From: a bacterium
GTDB lineage: Bacteria; UBA8248
Assembly (NCBI GenBank): GCA_963692865.2
Contig: OY843592.1
Span: forward strand, 1,600,001-1,664,000
Direction of reading: 5' to 3'
Length of the DNA: 64,000 nt
The notes below the pieces were generated by a model. That model saw only the letters and a program-made list of their open reading frames with translations. It did no database searches and was not told where the DNA came from. Position numbers and translations under genes: made by a program. How positions within the stretch are numbered: the stretch's first letter is position 1; each line of letters starts with the position of its first letter. Shown piece after piece: positions 22,050-31,542 of the stretch.

Positions 22050-23153
22050 TTATGTAGTGGTTCTGGCGATTCTTTCGACGCGGGCGGGGATGCCGACCGC
22101 TCCGTGCCCGGTCGTATCCGCCGCCGTGAACTCGCCGCCCGATATGGCGTGGCGCCACTCGGCGTATGGCTCCTCATCGAGCAGGTGGGCGAGCTCGTGC
22201 GCCCTGTCCGCGTTATCGAGCGAGAGGGCGAGGGCGAAGCCCGCGGATTTCGCGATGTAGGATTCATAGGGCGAACTGAGCAGGGCGGGTTTTCCGGCGG
22301 CGTCGAACACCCGCGCGACCTCCCAGGCGTTCCGGGGGCCGCCGAATTTCGCGATCTTGATGAGGCCGATGTCACAGGCTTCCATGTCGACCAAGCGGCG
22401 CGCGTCGTCGACCGAGAACAACGACTCATCCACGGCGACCTGCATGCCCCGGGCGCGGATTTCGCGGAACACGTCCACGTGCTTCTCCTCCGAGGGCAGC
22501 ACGGGCTGCTCGAAGTGTTCCAAATCGATCTCGACCATCCTGTCCGTGAACCACAGGGCTTCCTCGGGCGTGAACCCGCCGTTGGCATCCGTCCTCAGCT
22601 TGATATCGGGGCCGAACCGCTCGCGCAGCCTGACGATGCGCTCCGCATCCGCCACCGCGTCGACGCCCGATTTCACCTTGAGGGTCGTGACGCCTTTCTC
22701 CACGAGCGGTTCGGCCTTCCTGACGGCTTCATCAGGAGAGAGGAGGCCGATGGGAGCGTCGAGAGTAACGGCGTTTCTTTTGTGGCCGCCGAAGACTTGT
22801 GAGAAGGGCGCCTGGTCGAGTTTGGTTGCCAAGTCGACCGCGGCGATTTCGAGCGCGGTGCGCGCGGCGCCCATGCCCCTGAAGTCCGCGGCGTCGTCTA
22901 GCGCGGCGAGCAGCTCGTCCGCCTCTTTTCCCCGAATGCGGGGGGCGGCTTCACGGAGCGTGGCCGCCATCCCGGAACCCGTCTCCTGGGTGATGTACAT
23001 GAGCGGCGCCGCCTCGCCCCAGCCCTCTTCTCCAGAATCGTCCGTGAGGCGAACCACGACGCGCTCGAGCGTCGCCGCGCCGCCGTAGCGGTTTCTTGAC
23101 CCCTGGGCGACTTCCACGGCGGTATCCCAGACCGTTGCTTCCTGAATCGGCAT
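22050..23153 (-). CDS. Enolase superfamily enzyme, muconate-lactonizing/dipeptide-epimerase subgroup
   Basis: GWGEA, KVK, DANG, EQP, DES and IKIAK motifs. Confidence 0.88.
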   Translation of the reverse strand: MPIQEATVWDTAVEVAQGSRNRYGGAATLERVVVRLTDDSGEEGWGEAAPLMYITQETGSGMAATLREAAPRIRGKEADELLAALDDAADFRGMGAARTALEIAAVDLATKLDQAPFSQVFGGHKRNAVTLDAPIGLLSPDEAVRKAEPLVEKGVTTLKVKSGVDAVADAERIVRLRERFGPDIKLRTDANGGFTPEEALWFTDRMVEIDLEHFEQPVLPSEEKHVDVFREIRARGMQVAVDESLFSVDDARRLVDMEACDIGLIKIAKFGGPRNAWEVARVFDAAGKPALLSSPYESYIAKSAGFALALSLDNADRAHELAHLLDEEPYAEWRHAISGGEFTAADTTGHGAVGIPARVERIARTTT

Positions 23154-23197
23154 GAAAGAATCTCCTGTGTGAACGGAAGGCCGGAGCCTCCGTTATT

Positions 23198-23470
23198 GAG
23201 GGGCTGTTGAAAAAGTCCCCTAAAAACAGGGAAAGGATTTCTCAATCGACATACGCTTAATAAATGACTCCCCCTTGAGGGTTATGACTACCCAAGGAGA
23301 GGGAAACTTTACTCCCCCCTTGAGGGGGAGTCGAAGAGGCCGAGCGCTTTGTGCGAAGGCCGATTCGGTGGGGGGACATGCCACAGAAAAGAGCTCCCCC
23401 CACCAGCGCGACTTCGAGCTTCGCCCTCGTCTTGCTGACTCCCCCTCAAGGGGGGAGTGATTGTTGAGTA
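23198..23470. repeat. Mosaic repeat cluster D: one inverted-repeat end plus an ACTCCCCCCTTGAGGG...CCCTCAAGGGGGGAGT element at 23311-23458
   Basis: The element recurs at 30184-30350 and 44016-44196. Confidence 0.85.
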
Positions 23471-23540
23471 CTCTACAGGGAGAGAGATTTATCTCCTCTC
23501 ACTCCCCGGTCTTCGCCCCTTCGTCTCCTTCGGGCAACGC

Positions 23541-24062
23541 TCATTCAGGCGCGTAGATCCGGATGTCCGGCAGGGTGCGGTACGCCTCGTCGCAGTCCAG
23601 CCCGTAGCCGACCACGAAATGGTTCTCGATCGTGAAGCCCACATGGTCCGCGTGGATATCGACTTCCCGCCTCTCCGGCTTGTCCATCAACACGCACGTC
23701 CTGAGCGTTGCAGGGCGCATATCTCTCAGAATATCAATGGTTTTCGAGAACGTGTGGCCCGTGTCGAGAATGTCGTCGATGAGCAGCACGTTCCGCCCCT
23801 CGACCTCGCCCAGGTGCCTGGCGTCGATTTCCACCTTGCCCGTGCTTTGCGTCCCCTCCTTGTAGCTCGAAGCCGTGAGGAAGCCGAGCGTGGTGTTGCG
23901 CTGAAGAGCGCGGGCGAGGTCGACGCCGAAGACAATCGCGCCTTTCAGAATCATGACGACGTGAACGGGGCCTTCGGGCAGCGCGGCGTTGATCTCGGCG
24001 GCGAGCCCTGTGAGGCGCGTTTGTATCTCCGTCTCCGGTATCAATATCTCGTCAGCGGGCAT
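23541..24062 (-). CDS. hpt: Hypoxanthine phosphoribosyltransferase
   Basis: ILKGA, VLLIDDILDTGHT (PRPP-binding loop) and FVVGYGLD motifs. Confidence 0.93.
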   Translation of the reverse strand: MPADEILIPETEIQTRLTGLAAEINAALPEGPVHVVMILKGAIVFGVDLARALQRNTTLGFLTASSYKEGTQSTGKVEIDARHLGEVEGRNVLLIDDILDTGHTFSKTIDILRDMRPATLRTCVLMDKPERREVDIHADHVGFTIENHFVVGYGLDCDEAYRTLPDIRIYAPE

Positions 24063-24065
24063 CGT

Positions 24066-25208
24066 CTACTCGAGCACGGCCAGCAGAAGGCGCTTTAGAT
24101 CCTCCTGCGTCGAAGGGACGGGGTTCGTGTTGACCTGGTGGCTCTCCGCCGCGTCTTTCGCCAGGACGTCCAGGTCCTCGTTCACGACGTCCGCCGCTCT
24201 CAGACTGGCCGGAATGCCGATGTCCGTGTTGAGTTCGCGGATAGCGTCTATCGCCGCCTCGGCCGCCTGCGGGGCGCCGTCTTTCAGGAGCGGCGCCATT
24301 CGCGCGTACGCTTCGCGCATGACGGGAAGGTTGAACTCCATGACGGGCGGCAGGAAGATGCCGTTCGCCGTGCCGTGGTGCAGCCCGTGGTAGGCGCCCA
24401 GCGGATGCGCGAGCGAGTGCACGATTCCTAATCCTGTATTGGTGAACGCGCGTCCCGCGAGCATGGCGGCCAGCGAGATGGCGTCGGCGGCCTCGGGGTC
24501 CGATGGGTCGTCCACGTAGGCCCTGCCGTGCGCCCCGATGCGCGCGATTGACTCGAACGCGAGCGCCTCCGTCCAGGGGTTGGAAGCGGGCGAGCCGACC
24601 GATTCGACCGCGTGCGTCAGGGCGTCCATCATCGCGCCGGCGGCGATGTGCGAGGGAAGTTTGGCCAGGAGTGCGGAGTCGACGACCGCCACTTTCGCGA
24701 ACAGCGAGTCGTCCGCCAGGACGGTCTTGATCATGAGATCTGTGTCCGTGACGATGGAGCTCATGGTGACCTCGCTGCCCGTGCCCGCCGTGGTGGGGAC
24801 GGTGATGAGCGGCGGGCCGGGATTCGTGGCCTTGCCGCGCCCGTAGTAGTCGCTCGGCGCGCCGCCGTTCGCGACGATGGCCAGCGTCGCCTTGGCGGTG
24901 TCCATCGTGCTGCCGCCGCCTGCGGCGATGAAGCCGTCGCAGCCGTGTTCACTGAAGAAATCGCGCGCCGCGAGGATGCTGGCGTCGGATGGATTCGCCT
25001 CGGCCTGATCGTAGAACCGGTAGTCGATCCTTGAGTCTTCGAGGCCTTTCAGCACCGGGTCGAGCGCCCCGCTCGACGCGAGTCCGGGGTCGGTGACGAA
25101 CATCGGCTTCGCCATCCCCAGGTTCTTCGCCTCCTCGCCGACATGGGTGGCCTCTCCTCGGCCGAAGCGGACGCGCGGGCCGGATGCAATCTGAAACGGT
25201 TTCACCAT
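24066..25208 (-). CDS. Iron-containing alcohol dehydrogenase
   Basis: GGGS..D.AK, PTTAGTGSE, DALTHAVE and HSLAH...HG motifs. Confidence 0.93.
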   Translation of the reverse strand: MVKPFQIASGPRVRFGRGEATHVGEEAKNLGMAKPMFVTDPGLASSGALDPVLKGLEDSRIDYRFYDQAEANPSDASILAARDFFSEHGCDGFIAAGGGSTMDTAKATLAIVANGGAPSDYYGRGKATNPGPPLITVPTTAGTGSEVTMSSIVTDTDLMIKTVLADDSLFAKVAVVDSALLAKLPSHIAAGAMMDALTHAVESVGSPASNPWTEALAFESIARIGAHGRAYVDDPSDPEAADAISLAAMLAGRAFTNTGLGIVHSLAHPLGAYHGLHHGTANGIFLPPVMEFNLPVMREAYARMAPLLKDGAPQAAEAAIDAIRELNTDIGIPASLRAADVVNEDLDVLAKDAAESHQVNTNPVPSTQEDLKRLLLAVLE

Positions 25209-25229
25209 GAATGCACTCCTTCACTGCTC

Positions 25230-25859
25230 TTATGAGGTTTCGGAGAACGTACGAAGCATACGTTCGTAATCTTCTTCCGTGTCGATGTCGAGAAAGATAT
25301 CATCATTGGGGAGTTCGAGAAAAACGATCTGGCCGGGAGATTCGGTTTCCAGCCTTCGGATGATCCCCCGGCCTCCCGCATCGCCGCTCGTCCGGAGCAG
25401 TTCTTCTCTCAAGGAGGCAGAGAACAGCGTGGGGTTTCCGCGCCTGCCCTCGAAGGCCGGCACCGCGAGGAGAGCGTCGGGCCGGGAGGTCTGATACAGG
25501 GAAATCATGTCGTTCACAATCCCGGGCGTCAGCAGGGGCTGATCGCCCAGGACGAACAGATAGGCCTCCGCAGCCTCATGCGCCGCCTCTATGCCTGCGA
25601 TCATGCTCGTGCTCTGGCCCTCGGCGTAGCGGGGGTTGTGCGTGATGCGCAGGTTCAAGCCGCTCACGGCCTCTTTCACCTTCGCCTCCTCATGGCCCGT
25701 GACGAGGATAACCTCGGAAACTGCGCTTGCGAGCACCGCTTTCGCCGTCTTGCGCAGGACGGCCTCACCCCCCAGGGGGAGGAGGAGCTTGTTCCGCCTC
25801 AGGCGTTTCGAGAGGCCTGCGGCGAGGATGATCGCCGTGATGCGGCGCGCGTCCGCCAT
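25230..25859 (-). CDS. MocA-like nucleotidyltransferase (molybdenum cofactor cytidylyltransferase family)
   Basis: ILAAG.S.R..NKLL, LGDQP, GNP.LF, GD.GGR and DIDT.EDY motifs. Confidence 0.88.
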   Translation of the reverse strand: MADARRITAIILAAGLSKRLRRNKLLLPLGGEAVLRKTAKAVLASAVSEVILVTGHEEAKVKEAVSGLNLRITHNPRYAEGQSTSMIAGIEAAHEAAEAYLFVLGDQPLLTPGIVNDMISLYQTSRPDALLAVPAFEGRRGNPTLFSASLREELLRTSGDAGGRGIIRRLETESPGQIVFLELPNDDIFLDIDTEEDYERMLRTFSETS

Positions 25860-25907
25860 AGAGTGCTGTCCGCCGAAAGAGAAAAGTGAAGTTCGGGCTG
25901 CCGCGGC

Positions 25908-25937
25908 ATGGTAAGGAGACGGGCTTCGCGGTGTCAA
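25908..25937 (-). promoter_or_regulatory. Putative sigma70 promoter for the mocA-like, ADH and hpt genes
   Basis: TTGACA-N18-TACCAT on the minus strand. Confidence 0.5.
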
Positions 25938-25949
25938 TTCCGGGCGGGC

Positions 25950-26300
25950 GGGGCTGTTGGAAAAGTTCCGGTTTCGTGATTCGGCGTATGCGCAAGAGGG
26001 GGAGAGAGGCCGTAGGGACAGGTCGAGACCTTGGGCCGCTCACAAAAACGGCCCACTACAAGAGGCGATGCGGTTTTGATCGTCATTCCGGTGTCGGAGC
26101 CGACCGAGGAGGGAGGGTTCGACGGAATCCAGAAATGTCCCACGCGGGACATTTCACTTTGCTTTTGTATTTGACTTTTCGCTTTATCGTTTTTCTTGGT
26201 CTTCCTGCGATTCGGTATCCCCGTCTGCTCTGGATTCCGGCTTTCGCCGGAATGACGGCGGTAGCCAATTCGGAGCCAGAAGAACTTTTCCAACAACCCC
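25950..26300. mobile_element. MITE-like element (cluster E) with a flanking direct repeat
   Basis: GGGGCTGTTGGAAAAGTT...AACTTTTCCAACAACCCC ends, flanked on both sides by GGGCGGGC; internal REP-like palindromes. Confidence 0.7.
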
Positions 26301-26326
26301 GGGCGGGCGCCGCCCGAGCCTTTCCG

Positions 26327-26355
26327 TTGACAACCCCTCACCTCGACCCTAATAT
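26327..26355 (+). promoter_or_regulatory. Putative sigma70 promoter for the cyclase and Zn-ADH genes
   Basis: TTGACA-N17-TAATAT. Confidence 0.6.
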
Positions 26356-26515
26356 CGGGAAGCGCTCAAAACCCACGATATTTCCCACAACACACCCGGA
26401 TGCGGGCGAGTCGTTCCACCGGTTTTGGCGCGGATTGAACGAGCGCGCTTCAAGCAGCGAATCGCAAGGATTCGAACAGTTCACTCATAGCGGAACACCC
26501 CGGAGGAGAATCACC

Positions 26516-27229
26516 ATGGCGTACAAGAACCACGAAATCATCGATCTCTCGCAAGACATCTACCAGGGACAGCCGGTGTTCGTCGGACACCCCGAAACCT
26601 GGCGCTGGACGAACATGACGCACGAGGAAAGCGCCGCCAGCGGACGCTTCAAGAGCGAGATGAGCTATTACTCGGGCATCATCCAGTTCTGCGAGCACGG
26701 CCCCACGCACGTGGATTCGGTCAGCCATCTCGACCCCTCGCCCGACGCGCCGCACATCGACGAGATGAGCTTCGATAACTTCTACAGCCGGGGCATCGCG
26801 ATTGATTTCGAAAACGTCGAGGACAACAGCTACATCAACGCCGACGACGTGAAGCGCAGGCTCGACCACTACAATTACGAGATAAAGCCGGGCGACACGC
26901 TCCTCTACACATACGGGCACTTCAAGCGCCACCACCCGACGCCTCTCTACACCACGGCCTACGCCGGCTGGACGCGCGATGCGGCCGAGTACGTTTATGG
27001 CGAGTGCGGGGCCATCAACGTGGCCACCGACGCTCCCAGCATGGATATGGCCACCAGCCCGGATTATCCCTGCCACCTCGTTTGCCGTGAACTGGGACGC
27101 ATCAACACGGAAAACCTGTGCAACATCGAACTGGTGGTGGGCAAGGAATTCCTCTATATCGGGCTTCCGCTCAAGATCCGGGGCGGGTCGGGTTCGCCGA
27201 TCCGGGCGATAGCCGTGCTGAACGCCTGA
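26516..27229 (+). CDS. Cyclase/kynurenine formamidase family metal-dependent hydrolase
   Basis: IIDLSQ, HGPTHVDS..H, ENL and PLKI.GGSGSPIRAIA motifs; ATG after GGAGG. Confidence 0.9.
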   Translation: MAYKNHEIIDLSQDIYQGQPVFVGHPETWRWTNMTHEESAASGRFKSEMSYYSGIIQFCEHGPTHVDSVSHLDPSPDAPHIDEMSFDNFYSRGIAIDFENVEDNSYINADDVKRRLDHYNYEIKPGDTLLYTYGHFKRHHPTPLYTTAYAGWTRDAAEYVYGECGAINVATDAPSMDMATSPDYPCHLVCRELGRINTENLCNIELVVGKEFLYIGLPLKIRGGSGSPIRAIAVLNA

Positions 27230-27251
27230 TTTCCTCTCGCGCGAGGCGAAC

Positions 27252-28286
27252 ATGAAAGCCCTGGTGAAACAGGCGAAAGGGCCCGGCAACATGGCGCTCC
27301 TGGAAGTGGAGGAGCCTCGCGTAGGCCCCGGGCAGGTGAAGGTGAAAATCGCCTATGCCGGCATCTGCGGCACGGACGTGCACATCGCCTCGGGTGAGTT
27401 TTTCCACTACTTCCCCCCGCTGGTGCTGGGGCATGAGTTCTCGGGCGAGGTGGTGGAAACGGGCGCAGGCGTCGAGGGGGTTCCGCTCGGCGCGCGGGTG
27501 ACGGCCGAACCCACGAAATCGACGTGCCGCGTCTGCCCGCACTGCATCTCGGGCCGCTACAACCGGTGCGAGGAGCGCGACATCGCGGGCGTGGTGAGCA
27601 ACGGCGCCTTCACCGACTACGTGGTCACCCGGGCGGAGTCGATTCACCGCCTGCCAGACGGCGTGAGCCTGAAGGCGGCGGCGCTCTCCGAACCCCTGGC
27701 GGTCTGCGTCCACGGGGTGTGTGAGCAATGCAGCGTGCGCGAGGGGGACGTCGTCCTCATCATGGGGCCGGGCGCCATCGGTCTTGGGTGCGCACAGGTG
27801 GCAATCGCCCACGGCGCGCGCGTGATGGTGGCGGGCGCCGGTAAGGACGCGCACAGGCTCGCGCTCGCCCGCTCGCTGGGTGCGGAGTGGACGGTGAACG
27901 TCGAGAAAGAAAACGTCCTCGAACGTGCTCTGGAAGTCACGAACGGCTGGGGGGTCGATTTGGGCGTAGAGGCGGCGGGGGCTCCCGGCGCGCTAGAAGT
28001 TTGCGTCGAGGCGGTGAAGAAGGGAGGAGAAATCCTCCAGGTGGGTCTGCCCGGCGCGCCCGTTTCGGTCGATATGGACAGGCTGGCGTTCAAGGAGATT
28101 CGCCTGGTCGGCACGTTCGGCCAGAAGCGCTCCGCCTGGCTCCTGGCCCTCGAACTGCTGGAGTCGGGCAGGGTGGACGCCGAGGCGATGGTGTCCGACG
28201 TGCTCCCGCTCGATGAATGGGAGAGAGGCTTCGACATCATGGCGCGCGGAGCGGGGCTGAAGGTGCTCCTCGCGCCCGAGGGATAG
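27252..28286 (+). CDS. Zinc-dependent medium-chain dehydrogenase (threonine/sorbitol dehydrogenase-like)
   Basis: GICGTD, GHEFSG, CxxCxxC and GPGAIG motifs. Confidence 0.92.
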   Translation: MKALVKQAKGPGNMALLEVEEPRVGPGQVKVKIAYAGICGTDVHIASGEFFHYFPPLVLGHEFSGEVVETGAGVEGVPLGARVTAEPTKSTCRVCPHCISGRYNRCEERDIAGVVSNGAFTDYVVTRAESIHRLPDGVSLKAAALSEPLAVCVHGVCEQCSVREGDVVLIMGPGAIGLGCAQVAIAHGARVMVAGAGKDAHRLALARSLGAEWTVNVEKENVLERALEVTNGWGVDLGVEAAGAPGALEVCVEAVKKGGEILQVGLPGAPVSVDMDRLAFKEIRLVGTFGQKRSAWLLALELLESGRVDAEAMVSDVLPLDEWERGFDIMARGAGLKVLLAPEG

Positions 28287-28317
28287 GCCAGGAATCGGGA
28301 ATGACTGCGCAACAGGG

Positions 28318-28570
28318 AAGATTTGACGCGAACGGGGAGGGGCGGTTTTTGTAGGGGCCGCATACTATGCGGCCCGCGTCCCGGCCGGCGAGAAAGGCCG
28401 GGTCGCATAATATGCGACCCCTACACACCCTCTGGCAAGGCAGTATCCCGTCGCCGTCATACCGGTATTGCAGGGTTTTTCAACTACCCCCTCAAGGGGG
28501 GAGTGTATGGTAGGCGCTCTACATAGGTGGAGTGGTTCGGCACGACCTGCAAGGGTTTTTCAACAACCCC
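28318..28570. repeat. Mosaic repeat cluster F
   Basis: GTAG REP doublet at 28351-28424; 28417-28465 is the reverse complement of about 13592-13640; two right-hand inverted-repeat ends. Confidence 0.8.
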
Positions 28571-28680
28571 GCCAGGCGAGGAACGGAGCATGGCCGCGCT
28601 TTTCGCCGGGAAACACGAACTCAGGGAAAGATGAGAGATATTCGGACTAACGTAAAGCATACATATAGAGGATGGCACAC

Positions 28681-29184
28681 ATGAGCATCGACGGAAAAGA
28701 ATTCAGAACCGCCCTCGGCAGGTTCGCCACGGGCGTCACGGTCGTCACCGCGAAAACGTCGACCGAAGCCCGCGGCATGACGGCGAACGCGTTCTCCTCC
28801 CTCTCACTCGACCCGCCGCTCGTCCTGGTGTGTTACGACAACAAGGCGTCGAGCCTGAAGATCGTGCAGGAGGCGAAGAAGTTCGCCATCAACTTCCTGG
28901 CGGAGGAGCAGAAGAACGCCTCCGACTGGTTCGCGGGCAAGGGCCGGGACGCGGAGGATCAGTTCGCCGACATCCCGCATGAGATCGGCGAGAACGGCTC
29001 GCCCGTGCTCACGGGGAACGTGGGCGTTCTCGAATGCGACCTGCACGAGGAGCTTCCGGGGGGAGACCACACCATCGTCGTGGGGCGCGTGACGCGCGTC
29101 GTGCTCGAAGAGGAGGTGCGCGCGCCCCTTCTTTTCTACGGCAGCGCCTACCGGAAGATGGACATGGACGGCGCCTACGACTGA
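28681..29184 (+). CDS. Flavin reductase family protein (HpaC/RutF-like)
   Basis: FR..LGRFATGVTVVT, SLSLDPPL and GGDH motifs. Confidence 0.93.
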   Translation: MSIDGKEFRTALGRFATGVTVVTAKTSTEARGMTANAFSSLSLDPPLVLVCYDNKASSLKIVQEAKKFAINFLAEEQKNASDWFAGKGRDAEDQFADIPHEIGENGSPVLTGNVGVLECDLHEELPGGDHTIVVGRVTRVVLEEEVRAPLLFYGSAYRKMDMDGAYD

Positions 29185-29220
29185 TCCTTCAATCCGGCCC
29201 TATATTCGCAAGGAGTTCCT

Positions 29221-29982
29221 TTGGCTTCATATCGCGCGGTTGCGTTCGACCTCTTCGACACGCTCGTCGATTTCGACATCTCCCTCTTCCCGGTGGTGGA
29301 GATTGACGGCAAGGAGGAGAAGACCACCTCCAAGGCGGCTTACGACGCGCTCTACGAGGGCGGTTTCCTCGTGCCGAACTACCAGGCCTTCCACCAGCTC
29401 TGGCTCCAGAACTCGAAAGAGGTCTGGGGCGAGCGCAACAACGACCCCGAGCTAAAAGAGGTTCGCTCGATAGTCCGTTTCCGTCGCCTCATGGCGCTCC
29501 TGGTGGCGATTCCCGAACAGGACAGGGAACGGGCCGCACTCACGGCCCTGAACGCCCACATGTACGGCATCGAGAATTCCGTGGTGTTCGACGCCGACCG
29601 GCTCGACGTGCTGGGGCGGATAAAAGAAGCCGGCCTGCCGGTAGCGCTCCTGAGCAACTTCGACCATGCGCCCACCGCCCGGCGGATCATCGATCGGATG
29701 GGCATCACGCCGTATATGGATTCCATCTTGATTTCAGAGGATGAGGGCTTCAGGAAGCCCGCGGCGTCGCTGTTCCTCAAGGTGGCCGAGGAGTTGGGCG
29801 TTGCGCCCGGTGAGGCGCTCTTCGTGGGCGATACGTTCGATGCCGACGTGGAGGGCCCGCAAGCGGTGGGCATGCCGTGCGCCTGGCTCAACAGGAAGGG
29901 AGCGCCCGCGCCGGAGGGAAGCCGCGCGCCCGATTTCGAGATTGCGGATATCAGGGAGGCGCTTTCGATACTGGGGTTGTAG
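29221..29982 (+). CDS. HAD-superfamily hydrolase
   Basis: FDLFDTL motif I, LSN, RKP and FVGD...D motifs. Confidence 0.9.
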   Translation: MASYRAVAFDLFDTLVDFDISLFPVVEIDGKEEKTTSKAAYDALYEGGFLVPNYQAFHQLWLQNSKEVWGERNNDPELKEVRSIVRFRRLMALLVAIPEQDRERAALTALNAHMYGIENSVVFDADRLDVLGRIKEAGLPVALLSNFDHAPTARRIIDRMGITPYMDSILISEDEGFRKPAASLFLKVAEELGVAPGEALFVGDTFDADVEGPQAVGMPCAWLNRKGAPAPEGSRAPDFEIADIREALSILGL

Positions 29983-29989
29983 GAGGTCT

Positions 29990-30752
29990 CGTAGGGACAG
30001 GCCCCCGCGCCTGTCCGATGTCGGGGTGAATACAATGGACGGGCGGGCACGGTCGAACATCCCTCCTCGGAAAGCTCGACGCCCCTACGGGTTCGATTCG
30101 AGACGCGGGAGATGCGTAGGGGTGCCCCCCCGTGGTCGCCCGATTGGCTGTGCATGAAACCGATTCGTGAGAAAGGAGACTTCACTCCCCCCTTGAGGGT
30201 TGGGCTTCCCGAGGGGAAAGCCCAACGAAGAGGCCGATCCCTTGGGCGAAGGCCGATTCGGTGGGGGGACATGCCACAGAAAAATCCCCCCCCACCAGCG
30301 CGACTTCGGGCTTCGCCCTCGTCTTGCTGACTCCCCCTCAAGGGGGGAGTGGATTTGAAATTTTCCTCGGTGGGGAGAGATTTTCGTAGGGGCCGCCGGT
30401 CGGGATTGACCCACCGCGCGGCATCGGGCTTCGCAGAACGCTTGACGCCCTCATCCCGAGCAAGCATCCCGAACCCTCATCCTGAGTAGGCGCCTACGCG
30501 CCTACTCAGGGTGAGGAAGGTGGGGGGACGGCGGAGTAGGGACAGGTCGCGACCTTGGGCCGTTCTCAAAAACGGCCCCCCACAAGAGGCGATACGGTTT
30601 TGTTCGTCATTCCGGCGAAAGCCGGAATCCATTTGCGGATGCGGGTGAATCAACGACGGCGTTTCATTCCCCGCTAATGCGCGGGGACTCTGAAGAAAGG
30701 CAAAAGGCGTAAAATGGATTCCGGCTTTCGCCGGAATGACGGTGGTGGTCAA
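29990..30752. repeat. Mosaic repeat cluster G
   Basis: GTAG REPs, a CCCCCCTTGAGGG element at 30184-30350, a CATCCTGAG hairpin and a CGTCATTCCGG doublet at 30605-30741. Confidence 0.85.
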
Positions 30753-30816
30753 TTCAGATTGAGGAGGGACGTTTACAGCCGCCCCCTCCAGGCCCGGTTT
30801 CTACGAGGATAATCAC

Positions 30817-31542
30817 TTGTCGGTTCTCGCGCTTCAGCATGTGGACGTGGAGAGGCTCTCGCTGCTCGAAGAGGTGCTCGCGCAGAAGGGCATTCCCGCG
30901 CGCTACCTGGCCCTCCACAAGGGGGAGCGTCTCCCGGATTCCGTGGAGGACCTGGAAGACGCGAAAGCGGTCGTCGTCCTGGGCGGGCCGATGGGCGTTT
31001 ACGAGGAGGAGAAACATCCCTGGCTGGCCGATGAGATTCGTTTCCTGGGCGATGCGATTCGCGCGGGCGTTCCGGTTTACGGCCTCTGCCTGGGCGCGCA
31101 GTTGATGGCGGCTGCGCTGGGCGCGCGCGTGTATCCGGGAGAGGGGATGAAGGAGATCGGCTGGTTCCCGGTCGATCTGGCGCCGGGGGCGAAAGGAGAC
31201 CCGCTGCTGGGGGATGAGGAGGCGAGCTTCCCGGTCTTCCAGTGGCACGGGGATACGTTCGATATTCCCGAGGGCGCCGTTCATCTGGCCTCATCCGCGC
31301 GCTACCCCAACCAGGCTTTCAGGTGGGGCGAGCGCGCCTACGCCTTTCAGTTCCACCTGGAGATTGGGCTTGAGGACATATCCAAATGGCTGGTCGCGTT
31401 CGAGGACGACATGCGTTCCCCGCGCTCGGACGCGGACGCCGAGGCGATATTACGCGATGCGCCGGGGCATATCGAGGCCTTGAACCGGCGCGCGGCGCGC
31501 TGGTTCGAGCGCTGGCTCGCTCTCGCGGGGCTTGTTGAATAA
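30817..31542 (+). CDS. Class I glutamine amidotransferase-like protein
   Basis: GGPMG, GLCLGAQ (nucleophile Cys), WHGD and QFHLE motifs. Confidence 0.92.
   Translation: MSVLALQHVDVERLSLLEEVLAQKGIPARYLALHKGERLPDSVEDLEDAKAVVVLGGPMGVYEEEKHPWLADEIRFLGDAIRAGVPVYGLCLGAQLMAAALGARVYPGEGMKEIGWFPVDLAPGAKGDPLLGDEEASFPVFQWHGDTFDIPEGAVHLASSARYPNQAFRWGERAYAFQFHLEIGLEDISKWLVAFEDDMRSPRSDADAEAILRDAPGHIEALNRRAARWFERWLALAGLVE

Noticed and set aside
25886-26515. N-terminal extension of the cyclase ORF (447 aa)
   Set aside because: It runs through the MITE-like element and the promoter; the likely start is 26516, which has a strong RBS.
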